Origin: a virus
Taxonomy: Duplodnaviria > Caudoviricetes
Reading direction: 5' to 3' (one strand)
IMG/VR virus record: IMGVR_UViG_3300037400_006508
Location: 32,001 to 96,000 of that record
Length of the DNA: 64,000 nt
Numbering within the stretch: position 1 is the first letter of the stretch; each line of letters begins with the position of its first letter. Positions 17,869 to 27,429 of the stretch are shown here, piece after piece. A program made the position numbers and the translations under genes. The notes under the pieces were generated by a model. That model ran no database searches. It saw only the letters and a list, made by a program, of their open reading frames with translations, and had not been told where the DNA came from.

Positions 17869-18804
17869 ATGCCGCTCGACCCAGCACCCGTAATCGCAGA
17901 AGCCCTGGACAACAGGGACCGCGCCAGGATTCGCACGAAGAAGCAAAGTAAGGCGCGCAAGGCCAAGAAGCCCCGCATACCGAAGCTGCATCGTCCGAAG
18001 AAGGAATCGACGAAGACGATCACGACCCGTCTGTACAAGACGTGGGCCGCGATCGTGCATGGCTATTACAACGGGCACTGCGCCATCTGCGGGAAGGAGA
18101 ACTCGAAGGACGCACCGCTCAACGCGCACCACATCATGCCGAGGCAGATGTTCAGCGGACTGCGCTTCGATCCACAGAACGGGATAGCCCTTTGTCCGAA
18201 GTGCCACAAGATGGGAAAGTGGTCGGCGCACAAGGGAGGGATCTGGTTCGCCGAGTGGCTCCGCAACCATGCTCCCGAGAAATACCAGCACTGTCTCGCG
18301 AACGCCGTGTTCGAGCTCGACTGCAAGGACCGCATGCAGCTGTACATGACCGAGGAGGAATTGCACGAGCGGTATAGCGACGCGATCGCGCCCATCAACT
18401 GGTACAGGGTCGTTGCATACGACAAGAAGGGCAACAAGGTCGAGTCCGTGATCAAGGCGTACAACAACCGCGTGGCCGAGTACATCTTCTGGCAGCGCTG
18501 GCCCGCCGGCCAGGACTGGTTCGAGAAGCTCAAGGGAATCCACAAGACGGAGCAGGTCTACGTCGAGGAGGACGAGGCGCACAGCGGCTTTGACGCCGAG
18601 AGGCTCAGGAAGGACCTAGTCGGACGCGGTCTCATGGACGAGGATGGCAACGCCATCTGCCGTCAGCAGACACCAAGAATTGCCGACGCCGCGAAGATGG
18701 CGATCGTGCAGAGCGCAATGGACAAACAATTTCAACCGCGGCATGACGCAACCGGGCCTGGTGTACGCAGCACACCTACCAGTGAAGTAGAAGGCGCCGT
18801 GTGA
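17869..18804 (+). CDS. HNH / NinG(Rap)-like endonuclease
   Basis: CAICG...LNAHHIMPR...LRFDPQNGIALCPKCH. Confidence 0.85.
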   Translation: MPLDPAPVIAEALDNRDRARIRTKKQSKARKAKKPRIPKLHRPKKESTKTITTRLYKTWAAIVHGYYNGHCAICGKENSKDAPLNAHHIMPRQMFSGLRFDPQNGIALCPKCHKMGKWSAHKGGIWFAEWLRNHAPEKYQHCLANAVFELDCKDRMQLYMTEEELHERYSDAIAPINWYRVVAYDKKGNKVESVIKAYNNRVAEYIFWQRWPAGQDWFEKLKGIHKTEQVYVEEDEAHSGFDAERLRKDLVGRGLMDEDGNAICRQQTPRIADAAKMAIVQSAMDKQFQPRHDATGPGVRSTPTSEVEGAV

Positions 18805-18910
18805 CTCGGCGGCGGCCGGTGAAGAACGATGCTATGAAACATGATTGTCAGGGAAATCACCCAATTCATGCGGAGCTGACGGATCGTCGATTGCCGCGGT
18901 TCTTTTAAAC

Positions 18911-19249
18911 ATGAAGGCCAGGAGCAGAAAGACATACTTCCTGAAGAGGAAGAATGACGAGCGGAGATCCAAGGGGATTCCGCGTCTTCCGAACAGCATG
19001 TACAGGCTTCTGGCCGACGCGGACTGCCCCGACAGCGATTTCGGCAACAGGCAGGCGCAGTTCCTGGTCGACTTCATGAACACGGTAGAGGCCAGGCAGG
19101 GAAGGATGGTCAAGAAGTTCGACATCCTTCTCGCCAAGAAGCTGCTGTACAAGCTCATGGCGTCTTACAACCATTTCGTCCTGCTCAGCGAAAAGTACGC
19201 ATGCAGGATCGACGAACTGGCGGAGAAACTTAGGAATGCGTCTCGCTGA
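18911..19249 (+). CDS. hypothetical basic protein
   Basis: ATG 18911; typical codon usage. Confidence 0.65.
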   Translation: MKARSRKTYFLKRKNDERRSKGIPRLPNSMYRLLADADCPDSDFGNRQAQFLVDFMNTVEARQGRMVKKFDILLAKKLLYKLMASYNHFVLLSEKYACRIDELAEKLRNASR

Positions 19250-19466
19250 ACGGAACTGGAGCTACCCCTGGTACGCCGTCACGAAGGGCGGCATGTACGT
19301 CATGGGCTTCACCTCGCAGAACGAGTGCGAGCAGTATTGCGACGCGAATGGCTTCCACATGGTTTCCAAGAACCGTACCAACCTGATGCACAGGAAGCCT
19401 AGGTACGAGGACAACTGGACTGACGACTATCCCGAAGATGGTATACAAGGAGAACTAGACAAATGA
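19236..19466 (+). CDS. hypothetical protein
   Basis: Overlapping gene array. Confidence 0.65.
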   Translation: MRLAERNWSYPWYAVTKGGMYVMGFTSQNECEQYCDANGFHMVSKNRTNLMHRKPRYEDNWTDDYPEDGIQGELDK

Positions 19467-19924
19467 CACGCGTATACGCAGAGGGCGAGCAGCCCGAAAA
19501 GAAGGAAGATGGCGTCAAAGTGACGCTTTCGCTCAACAACGAGATGCTGGGCCAGATGATCTCCAAGGGGATCCAGGATCTGCCCAAGGAGGTCATCCAC
19601 ACCCTCTCATACGAGGCCATGAAGACCGCCCTTGAGGACAAGGAGTTTCTCAAGCACCTGATGTTCAGGGCCGACAGCGATTCCTACAACTGGTGGGACA
19701 GGGCGCATCTTCAGCCATGGCTCGCCGAGCTCCTCTCGAAGTCGTTCACCGAAGAAGAGGTGAAGGAGTTCAGGGACGGCGTTTTGAAGGTGCTGAAGGC
19801 GGACCACAGGCATATTGCCATGGACGCCCTGACCAACTGCTTCATGCGCAGGTTGGCTGACTACGACTTCACTACACAGGTGCAGTGCATAATCGGGCAA
19901 ATGATGAGCAGCAACGGCCAATGA
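19463..19924 (+). CDS. hypothetical protein
   Basis: AAGGAG RBS; ATGA overlaps. Confidence 0.75.
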   Translation: MTRVYAEGEQPEKKEDGVKVTLSLNNEMLGQMISKGIQDLPKEVIHTLSYEAMKTALEDKEFLKHLMFRADSDSYNWWDRAHLQPWLAELLSKSFTEEEVKEFRDGVLKVLKADHRHIAMDALTNCFMRRLADYDFTTQVQCIIGQMMSSNGQ

Positions 19925-20109
19925 AGAAGATCGTCGAAGTCCTTAAGTTCGCCGGAACCGATTCGGCTGGATCCGTGTCCAGGGAGTACTGCGACATCGG
20001 GTTCATAGGAGCCTGCAGGAGGCTGTGGCACTTCTGGAGGCACAACGGCACGCACCTGGACGACTACTATGAGTTCAGGATCCGCGTTATCGAGAGGAAG
20101 AGCAAGTGA
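19921..20109 (+). CDS. hypothetical protein
   Basis: ATGA overlap. Confidence 0.6.
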   Translation: MKKIVEVLKFAGTDSAGSVSREYCDIGFIGACRRLWHFWRHNGTHLDDYYEFRIRVIERKSK

Positions 20110-20300
20110 GCAAGAAGTGGTACAACACGCAGGAGATGGCCTTGGTCACCGTGCTTCACGACTACCTGGTCAACGGGTTCGCGAAGTACGTCGACAAGGA
20201 GGCGAACCAGGACACCAAGGACGGGCTGCTCCACATCATCCATGACGCATCGTGCATCGTGGCCCAGATCATTTCGAACAATAAAAGCAAGGTAAATTGA
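20106..20300 (+). CDS. hypothetical protein
   Basis: GTGA overlap. Confidence 0.6.
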   Translation: MSKKWYNTQEMALVTVLHDYLVNGFAKYVDKEANQDTKDGLLHIIHDASCIVAQIISNNKSKVN

Positions 20301-20301
20301 G

Positions 20302-20928
20302 ATGCACGTAACACGGATAGCGCACACGCCGGATCCGCAGAGGCTCATCGAGACCTGCGCCCGCATTTCGTACGAATCCAAGAACGAGCCGTTCGATCCG
20401 AAGGTGAACTCCGAGTTCATTCGGAAGCTCATCAAGAACGGGCACGAGTCCCCGCTGGAGCACGCGTCAGCCACGTTCCTCATCGAAGGAATCAGCAGGG
20501 CGTGCTCGCATCAGATTGTCAGGCACCGCTTGGCCTCCTTCAGCCAGAAGTCAGGTCGCTATGTGAAGTTCGATCCGGACAAGTGCTCGTTCGTGTGGCC
20601 GCCGTCGATCAAGGACGGCGGATCAAAAGCCGTCATTGCCGCTAACATGGCAATGTCGGCCGCCCATGATTGCTACAATACGCTCATAGACGCCGGGGTA
20701 CCGAAGGAGGACGCCAGGTTCTTCCTTCCGCAGGCTGAGGAAACATCGCTCTACATGACCGCGAACTTCCGCGAGTGGCGCCACTTCCTGCAGCTTCGTT
20801 TGGACAGGCATGCGCAGTGGGAGATCAGAGCGGTCGCACGCGAGATTCTCAGGCAGCTGTGCGTGGACGGCATGTACGACTGCTTCGCAGACATCCAGGC
20901 CAAGTTCGATTGCGAGGAGAAGAGGTGA
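20302..20928 (+). CDS. thyX: FAD-dependent thymidylate synthase
   Basis: GHESPLEH, SRACSHQIVRHRLASFSQKSGRY, EDARFFLP, NFREWRHFL...HAQWEIR motifs. Confidence 0.96.
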   Translation: MHVTRIAHTPDPQRLIETCARISYESKNEPFDPKVNSEFIRKLIKNGHESPLEHASATFLIEGISRACSHQIVRHRLASFSQKSGRYVKFDPDKCSFVWPPSIKDGGSKAVIAANMAMSAAHDCYNTLIDAGVPKEDARFFLPQAEETSLYMTANFREWRHFLQLRLDRHAQWEIRAVAREILRQLCVDGMYDCFADIQAKFDCEEKR

Positions 20929-21230
20929 GCGACAAGATGTCCAGATTCAAGACCAAGGTCGGCTGGGAAGGGGTTCTATTCTTTTCGTTTGTAGGTATCG
21001 CGGTACTTTTCCTCGGATTTCTTGTCTACATCCTGTTCACCACGTTGGACAGATACGATCATCCGAAGACGTACGGAGACACGATCGAGTACCTTATGCG
21101 GCCGATACAGACAGCCAAGAAGGAGGCGATCAGGCTTGGAGACCAGGAAAGGTTCGAGTATTGGTCCAGTTTGGAAAAAGAGCTGTCTGAAAAATCTATG
21201 GAGGAATCTATGAAAGGAGAGCAACAATGA
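20925..21230 (+). CDS. single-pass membrane protein
   Basis: GTGA overlap; hydrophobic segment. Confidence 0.65.
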   Translation: MSDKMSRFKTKVGWEGVLFFSFVGIAVLFLGFLVYILFTTLDRYDHPKTYGDTIEYLMRPIQTAKKEAIRLGDQERFEYWSSLEKELSEKSMEESMKGEQQ

Positions 21231-21553
21231 AAACAGAAGAAGTCAACGAGATCATGAAGCTGCCGGAAATGGACGAGGCAGTTATGATCGGCAGCGTCGA
21301 GGAGAGGGAGAGCTATTTCCCGGCCATAGTCGGATACGACAAGGAGAAGGGAAGGTTCAAATACGACTACAACGAGCTCTGCCATTGCTTCGCAGAGGAG
21401 TTCAGGAAGTCGGACGAGGAGTCCGGAACCGTAGATCCAGAGAAGGACTACGAGACGGACGGCGTCGAGTGGGTCGAGTACAACGTGATCCGCTCGCTGC
21501 CGTATTGGGGCGAGCACGCGCCTGAGATCGTCTATCCGGAGGAAGACCAGTGA
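21227..21553 (+). CDS. hypothetical phage protein
   Basis: AAAGGAG RBS; acidic; EWVEYNVIRSLPY motif. Confidence 0.75.
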   Translation: MKTEEVNEIMKLPEMDEAVMIGSVEERESYFPAIVGYDKEKGRFKYDYNELCHCFAEEFRKSDEESGTVDPEKDYETDGVEWVEYNVIRSLPYWGEHAPEIVYPEEDQ

Positions 21554-21762
21554 TAATGGTTTTCTACATACTGGCGTGCTGCATACCGTCGCTCGGGTTC
21601 ATAGCCGCCACGGTGATCCTGGGCCTCAACGACCAAATCTTCCTGGCGTGCTTCTGCCTTGCGTTCGCCGTGATCACGCTGCCGAAGCTGCAGATACAGT
21701 CGCCAGGATGGAAGGACGGAGACAAAGAGGAAAAGAAGGATGAAGATCAAAAAGCCGAATGA
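21550..21762 (+). CDS. small 2-TM membrane protein
   Basis: Two hydrophobic helices, charged tail. Confidence 0.65.
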   Translation: MIMVFYILACCIPSLGFIAATVILGLNDQIFLACFCLAFAVITLPKLQIQSPGWKDGDKEEKKDEDQKAE

Positions 21763-22570
21763 AGGGAAATCCAAAATGGAAGGAATGAAATCACAGAAGG
21801 AACTCTCCGACAAGGAGTATACAGTGAAGACCGTAACGAACAATGCCGGTGATGTCAGGTGCTGGTTCGGTAATACCTGTCGCGACGGGTGCGACAAGTA
21901 TGAGAACGGCAAGTGCAGTGGGATAGTGCATCCTACTTACCCGCCGAAGCTGGCCGACTGCCCGTTCGCCAACAAGGCATGTCCCGTGCTCGACAGCTGG
22001 GGCGAGGTTACAGTCGGAGATCCGGAGACAGGATCCGGGCAGGCCACGCTGGGCTACCAGAGACCAATCACCAAGGAGGAGGCCCTAAAGCTGTCCGCTC
22101 CATGGAACGCCTATGTGCGAAAGATCAAGGCTCTGTTCGGAAAGGATCCGCGCATCAAGATCGTGTACGACGAGGAGATGATGAATCTTTCCCTGTACGT
22201 GGACGACATGCCGAAGTGCGAAGCGTTGAAGCAACTGATCCCAAGAACGAAGGAATTTGGAAACGTGGTGCTGGACATAGCCGTACTTCCTTCCGTGGCC
22301 ATGGGTTATTCGTCTTCGGAAGCGCTTTTGAAGACGGCGTTCGACGGCAATCCGGTATTCAAGTCGGCAATCACCGTTAACAAGGACGTGTCGTTCAATC
22401 CTGCTACGTTCGTCCTGTTCAAGAACGAGACCTCGCAGATGTGGAACGACAACCTGTGCGATCCGAACGGTCTGACGACGACGCTGTACCAGGACATCGC
22501 CAAGGATGTTCTGAACCTTCCAAGCAATGTCTACTGCTGCACCGAAGAGGGGCAGGACGTAATTCGATAG
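21740..22570 (+). CDS. hypothetical protein (Cys-rich N-terminus)
   Basis: Long ORF; LSAPW...ALFGKDP...AFDGNPVF...TLYQDIAKDV C-terminal domain. Confidence 0.75.
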   Translation: MKIKKPNEGKSKMEGMKSQKELSDKEYTVKTVTNNAGDVRCWFGNTCRDGCDKYENGKCSGIVHPTYPPKLADCPFANKACPVLDSWGEVTVGDPETGSGQATLGYQRPITKEEALKLSAPWNAYVRKIKALFGKDPRIKIVYDEEMMNLSLYVDDMPKCEALKQLIPRTKEFGNVVLDIAVLPSVAMGYSSSEALLKTAFDGNPVFKSAITVNKDVSFNPATFVLFKNETSQMWNDNLCDPNGLTTTLYQDIAKDVLNLPSNVYCCTEEGQDVIR

Positions 22571-22580
22571 GGTGACTGCC

Positions 22581-23471
22581 ATGAGCAATGAAATTCCAAG
22601 TTCTCTGAAGGATACGGTAAGGTGGTATCTGGAGAAGAGCGACTTCGAGTTCTTTAGGGACAAGGAGACGCTTGAGAAGTCCCTGTCGGACTATCTTCGA
22701 ATCTCCATCCAGGAGACCAGTCTTCTGTGGAAGCTGTCCGTCGTTTGCAAGGAGTGCGGCGGCATCGGCCTTTACGGGAACGAGCTGTTCGACGGTAACG
22801 ATCAGGATGCGGCCGAGGATTGGAACATGTCCGACATGGGTTACGGACAGTGGATCGTTTACTACACTCCGAGCCTGAAGGCCAAGGTACCGTTGATCCC
22901 GTGGAACAGGATCATAGACATACGTAGTTCCCTTCTGACACCGCTTGCGAAGGATATTGTCCTTGAGTTCGACGGAAAGCTGTTCGAGAAGATACACGAG
23001 CTGCTGTACCATACCGACAACGAGGACGATTCTCCGTGGATCGTGAACTCCGATCGTTGCAAGGCGTTCCACAGGAGCATAAACCTGAAGGACATCGTGG
23101 ACAACGTGGACGACAGTTTCTACGGGTGGGTCGTGGTGAACGAGGACACGGCCAAGAAGCTGTCGGAAGAGAAAGAATCGTTCGTCAAGGAGAATCCGGA
23201 AAACAGGAAGGACCCGTGGTTCATGTACACGCCGAACAGGGATATGATACCGGACAATCTGGCGTACATCGTTCCGAAGGGGTCGATCGTGCTGGAGCAG
23301 GCCCAGTTCCCGTCCGTCTGCCTGAACAAGCAGTTCCATTTCTTCGAGCGTTTTGCGGGCGGGATCTACCGCACGAGGTTCGACGACGGTCTGAAGTCCG
23401 GCATAAAGGTCCTGAACTTCGGCTGCGAATGGTGGGACGACGAAACAAAAACCATCAAGGACGACCAATAG
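22581..23471 (+). CDS. hypothetical acidic protein
   Basis: Long ORF; start at ATG 22581 or GTG 22572. Confidence 0.75.
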   Translation: MSNEIPSSLKDTVRWYLEKSDFEFFRDKETLEKSLSDYLRISIQETSLLWKLSVVCKECGGIGLYGNELFDGNDQDAAEDWNMSDMGYGQWIVYYTPSLKAKVPLIPWNRIIDIRSSLLTPLAKDIVLEFDGKLFEKIHELLYHTDNEDDSPWIVNSDRCKAFHRSINLKDIVDNVDDSFYGWVVVNEDTAKKLSEEKESFVKENPENRKDPWFMYTPNRDMIPDNLAYIVPKGSIVLEQAQFPSVCLNKQFHFFERFAGGIYRTRFDDGLKSGIKVLNFGCEWWDDETKTIKDDQ

Positions 23472-23480
23472 GAGGCAAAC

Positions 23481-23672
23481 ATGGGAAACCCGGAACAGGT
23501 GATAAAGATAATCGAAGACGATTACGGCATCAGGATCCTGATCTACGATGGGGACGGATACACGGACAAGCAGCGCCGGCTCATGGACGCGATCGTGAAG
23601 CAGTTCCCGAAGGAAGCCAGGGTCGAGTTCGTGGAAAAGTCTGCCATAGTGCATGAATTGGAGGACAAATAA
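23481..23672 (+). CDS. hypothetical protein
   Basis: AGGAGG RBS. Confidence 0.7.
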   Translation: MGNPEQVIKIIEDDYGIRILIYDGDGYTDKQRRLMDAIVKQFPKEARVEFVEKSAIVHELEDK

Positions 23673-23926
23673 TGAAACTGATCAAGCTGATAATGCCCTC
23701 GCAGGGCGACATGGAGATCGTGAAGCAGGAAGGCGGCGTCATCACGCTCAAGCCGACCTACTTCGGAGGCGAATGCGCCGGCCCCATCGTCCAGTTCGTC
23801 GAGCACGACGAGGAGAACGACAAGCCGGCCGTCCCGGGCGAGAAGGCGAAGTACGACGTCGTGGAGGCGTCGTACCGCATCAAGATCAAGAAGGACAACG
23901 AGCTCAAGCTCATGAGGGCCGAGTGA
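23672..23926 (+). CDS. hypothetical protein
   Basis: GGAGG RBS; TAATG overlap. Confidence 0.7.
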   Translation: MKLIKLIMPSQGDMEIVKQEGGVITLKPTYFGGECAGPIVQFVEHDEENDKPAVPGEKAKYDVVEASYRIKIKKDNELKLMRAE

Positions 23927-24276
23927 TGGTTCCGTACAACCCAGAGACGAATGTGCCGTGGTTCACGGAGTACGACGTGGACTACATCCTGAAGCACGAC
24001 ATATCCGAGCAGTTCGGCGCGCTTTCCCAGGTGTTCCTGTCGAAGCTGGACCACGTGATGGCGGGCGGCATGCACGCGACAGGCCTTTCGAACGAGTTCC
24101 TGAAGGCCGGCATAAAGTCGTACGAGGCGTGGCTCGCAGGCCAGTGCCGCAAGGCGAGGGACGCAGCCCTGTCCGAACCGGACGGCGTCAAGGTGCTGGA
24201 GGCGTGCGCCAGCGAAGGCCTGAAGACCATGCTTCGCGGCATGGAGCCGATAAAGCCGGAGGACAGCAACAAATGA
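23926..24276 (+). CDS. hypothetical protein
   Basis: TGATG overlap. Confidence 0.7.
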   Translation: MVPYNPETNVPWFTEYDVDYILKHDISEQFGALSQVFLSKLDHVMAGGMHATGLSNEFLKAGIKSYEAWLAGQCRKARDAALSEPDGVKVLEACASEGLKTMLRGMEPIKPEDSNK

Positions 24277-24755
24277 GAATGAACGTAAGCAGGGTGCCGT
24301 CGATGGCGGAGAGGGGCGGAGACAGCAAAGTGATGCTCAACATCTCGCTCCAGGCCGGAAAGCAGCTTGCCCAGGTCATGCAGTTCCTCGGCATCTCCTC
24401 GATAAGGCTTTCCTCCGTCGAGACCATGGGGAGCAGCAACCTGAAGATGGACGAGGTGCGTTTCTTCGACGGCGTACCGCAGGGCCTGTTCAAGTGGTCG
24501 AACAACTGCCTGTCCGGGCTGTGTTCCTTCATGGAGGCATTCGGGATACTTGAGGTGTCGCTCGAACCCGACTCCGGCGACGAGCAGACCCTGTCCCGCA
24601 TGTGGACCATGCTGGAGAACGACAATTCGCAGGTCCATCCCCTGAAGGGTCAGAGGAGCCGTCCAGCCGTACCGCAGACGGCAGGTCCCGTCGACGAAGG
24701 GAGGCCCACGGCCGGAACCCCTGCCGAGAACGATCTCGGGGAGATCGTGCTGTGA
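24273..24755 (+). CDS. hypothetical protein
   Basis: ATGA overlap; GGAGG RBS. Confidence 0.7.
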   Translation: MRMNVSRVPSMAERGGDSKVMLNISLQAGKQLAQVMQFLGISSIRLSSVETMGSSNLKMDEVRFFDGVPQGLFKWSNNCLSGLCSFMEAFGILEVSLEPDSGDEQTLSRMWTMLENDNSQVHPLKGQRSRPAVPQTAGPVDEGRPTAGTPAENDLGEIVL

Positions 24756-25060
24756 CCGAACAGGAGTACGTCCCCGAGTACGACGAGCTCGGAAGGGAGC
24801 TGGTCGACGACGGGTACGGAAAAAAGATACCGCTGTCAGGAAGGATGAACCCGTTCGACAAGTTCACGGTGAAGCAGCGGACGAAGATATCCGCCGTGTA
24901 CACCATGATAGCGCAGGCCCTGCCCGTGGAGGGCAAGGACTACCTCGTCGAGTTCAGCTTCCCGGATCCGGACGGGAACCCGAACATAGCGCTCCGGGCC
25001 AAGACGGAGATCGGAGCGGACTTCATACGGCATTTGTCGAAAACCCTAAAAACCCAATAG
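24752..25060 (+). CDS. hypothetical protein
   Basis: GTGA overlap. Confidence 0.7.
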   Translation: MTEQEYVPEYDELGRELVDDGYGKKIPLSGRMNPFDKFTVKQRTKISAVYTMIAQALPVEGKDYLVEFSFPDPDGNPNIALRAKTEIGADFIRHLSKTLKTQ

Positions 25061-25070
25061 GTAAAAAAAA

Positions 25071-25862
25071 ATGGAAGAGAACAAGGATAACAAAGAGAAC
25101 GCCGCGCCCGTCGAGGCCGGCGGGAACAAAGAGGAAGAGAAGAAGCGCAAGGTCGTCATCGGCCCCGAGGTGAAGGTCATCTTCTCCGGCGGAGGCTCCG
25201 AGGAGGTCGTCATGTCGAAGAGGGACATCTTCTCCGTCATGAACACGATCACGAACCGGCTCGCCAAGACGAAGTCCAGGGAGGAGATGGAGGCCATCAC
25301 GGTGTCCGTACACTCCGTGGAGAGCCCGGAGAAGTCCGATCCGCCCGCGGAGGGGGAGGAGCGCTTCGAGGGGCCCTACCTCGTCGCCGGCCTGGAGATC
25401 GAAGGCATGAAGATCCCGGAGGCCGCGTCCGAGCTCACGAAGGGCGTCATCCCGGGCGACGCGGCCATCAAGCAGTTCGAGCTCCTGTCCGAGCAGCTGT
25501 TCCTGCGCTCGATGATGGACACGGTGACGATCGTCGCCGGGTTCTCGACGGGCATGGCGATCATCCCGCTCATCAATTCGATGCGCGACGTCGAGGGCAG
25601 GACGCTGGTGGAGATGTACCACGGCCTGCACGACGCCGCCGAGCGGCTCCGCGCCTTCTGCACGAAGAACTTCCCGGACAAGGGTATCAACTTCGACAAG
25701 AGGCCGGAGGACGCGGAGGCCGGGAAGGAGACGAGCCTCGACGGCACGGTGGAGAAGAAGATCGTCCTTCCGTCCGGCCTCCCCGCCTCGATGGCGGAGA
25801 AGGGCGTGGTCACGCCCGAGGAGGCCCGCAAGGACCAGGTGAAGGTCGTGCACCTTGTTTAG
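25071..25862 (+). CDS. hypothetical protein
   Basis: Long ORF, strong GC3 bias. Confidence 0.8.
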   Translation: MEENKDNKENAAPVEAGGNKEEEKKRKVVIGPEVKVIFSGGGSEEVVMSKRDIFSVMNTITNRLAKTKSREEMEAITVSVHSVESPEKSDPPAEGEERFEGPYLVAGLEIEGMKIPEAASELTKGVIPGDAAIKQFELLSEQLFLRSMMDTVTIVAGFSTGMAIIPLINSMRDVEGRTLVEMYHGLHDAAERLRAFCTKNFPDKGINFDKRPEDAEAGKETSLDGTVEKKIVLPSGLPASMAEKGVVTPEEARKDQVKVVHLV

Positions 25863-25890
25863 GAGGGGCCAGTCCTTCTTCGGCACGCAC

Positions 25891-26301
25891 ATGGCCGGCC
25901 TGCGCCACCGCAGGATGGCCAGGCTGCTCTCCGCGTTCCCGGACATGGACTCCGTGAGGACGATGTGGGATCTGTGCCTGGCCATCCTCGGGGACGTACA
26001 GGCGCGCCTGGACGGCCATTCCTACGCTCGCCACCGCTGCGAGAGGATGGTCTGGGCGGCCGAGAGGGAGGGGCTGATACGGAGGCTCCCCACGACCATG
26101 CGGTCGAAGGCGGTACCCCCGGAGCGCAGGCACCGCGGCGAGAACGCGTACCGCATGCTGCCGGAGGGGCTCCGCTGGCTGGGAGAGCAGCTCTCGTACG
26201 AGAGGCACCTGTCCAGGATGGAGGAGCTCAAGGAGATAACCCGTGCGAAGCGAACGGCCCGCCGCACGGTCGCAACGAAGGCCGGGAGTAAACACACATG
26301 A
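25891..26301 (+). CDS. possible winged-helix DNA-binding protein
   Basis: AEREGLIRR...YRMLPEGLRWL resembles a wHTH wing; start uncertain. Confidence 0.5.
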   Translation: MAGLRHRRMARLLSAFPDMDSVRTMWDLCLAILGDVQARLDGHSYARHRCERMVWAAEREGLIRRLPTTMRSKAVPPERRHRGENAYRMLPEGLRWLGEQLSYERHLSRMEELKEITRAKRTARRTVATKAGSKHT

Positions 26302-26603
26302 AGAAGAACGACAAGGAATGCAAGGCCGAACGCGGCCTCAAGGAGACGATCGCCTCGATCAAGCTGCCCGCCTGGGTCAAGCGGCTGCACGCCGAGCTCA
26401 AGCAGCTCATCGACCGGCTCGCCAAGCTGGACGAGGCCCTCGACAAGCTCCAGGGACTGGTCGAGCGCAAGGAGGCAAGCCGCGAGGACAAGGCCTCCCT
26501 GCGCCTGATGAAGAGGCAGCGCAAGGCCATGCTGGCGTACCGCACCGCCCTCGAGGCGAGGCTCGCCCTTTCCGATCTGGAATCCGAACCCTGCGGCAAA
26601 TAA
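26298..26603 (+). CDS. coiled-coil protein
   Basis: ELKQLIDRLAKL...LMKRQRKAMLAYRTALEARL. Confidence 0.75.
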   Translation: MKKNDKECKAERGLKETIASIKLPAWVKRLHAELKQLIDRLAKLDEALDKLQGLVERKEASREDKASLRLMKRQRKAMLAYRTALEARLALSDLESEPCGK

Positions 26604-26610
26604 CGACGGC

Positions 26611-26648
26611 CCCGGCACGGGTACTATTCCATGCTGCCCCGTGCCGGG
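26611..26648. repeat. intergenic 11-bp hairpin
   Basis: CCCGGCACGGG / CCCGTGCCGGG, no U-tract. Confidence 0.6.
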
Positions 26649-26685
26649 ACATTGGCACACGGACCAAACATAGCGGAGGTGACAG

Positions 26686-27429
26686 ATGAGGCTCAGGAAC
26701 GCGACACACTCGATAAAGTACTCCAAGCTGGCGAACAAACAGCTGCAACCCGATGGGGTTACGCGTGACCTTCCGGTCATCAGGGACTTCATTTCGGACT
26801 TGATCGACTCGTGCAGGGGCATGATAGTCACCCTAGATCCTTCGGATCTAGACGCCATCAACTCGCTGTTGGACAGGGCAAAGGAACAACCTATAGACTT
26901 TTCAATGCTTTCCATTCATGACGACGACCCTACCGGCATGAAGGAGAAGGACAGGGTTCTCAGGGAACGCAGGGCGACGAAGCAGGCCATGCAGAGCGAG
27001 GCCATGCGCATCCTTCGTGAACGGGAGGAGCGCATCAAGGCCGAGTCGAACATGCTGGACGAATCCGGCAACCCGATCAACGACAAGCTCCTGTCCCAGG
27101 CAAGCATCAAGGACATCAAGCCGGAGCTGCACCCCGAGATGGGCAACGAGCTCGACAAGATCATGGCCAACAACATGGCCGTCCTCGAGAAGAAGGACGA
27201 GGAGAAGCCGAAGGTCCCGTATACGCTCACTCTCGGCGTCGACGATTTCGCCAAGGACAGGAACGCGATCATGGCGAAGAGGGACGGAACCCCGGTTCCG
27301 CACGATCCGAAGCATTACCAGAGCGAAACCAGGGCCGTACCTCCCGGCGTTCCGGACGTACCCGGGGCCGCGCAGCAGTACAGGGACGCCTCGAACTGGA
27401 GGCCGGCTCCGGGCATGCCGACGACATGA
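26686..27429 (+). CDS. hypothetical protein
   Basis: GGAGGT RBS. Confidence 0.8.
   Translation: MRLRNATHSIKYSKLANKQLQPDGVTRDLPVIRDFISDLIDSCRGMIVTLDPSDLDAINSLLDRAKEQPIDFSMLSIHDDDPTGMKEKDRVLRERRATKQAMQSEAMRILREREERIKAESNMLDESGNPINDKLLSQASIKDIKPELHPEMGNELDKIMANNMAVLEKKDEEKPKVPYTLTLGVDDFAKDRNAIMAKRDGTPVPHDPKHYQSETRAVPPGVPDVPGAAQQYRDASNWRPAPGMPTT

Noticed and set aside
18830-18890. Hammerhead ribozyme (GAAAC...GTC and CTGACGG)
   Set aside because: The core does not match CUGANGA and stem I cannot form.
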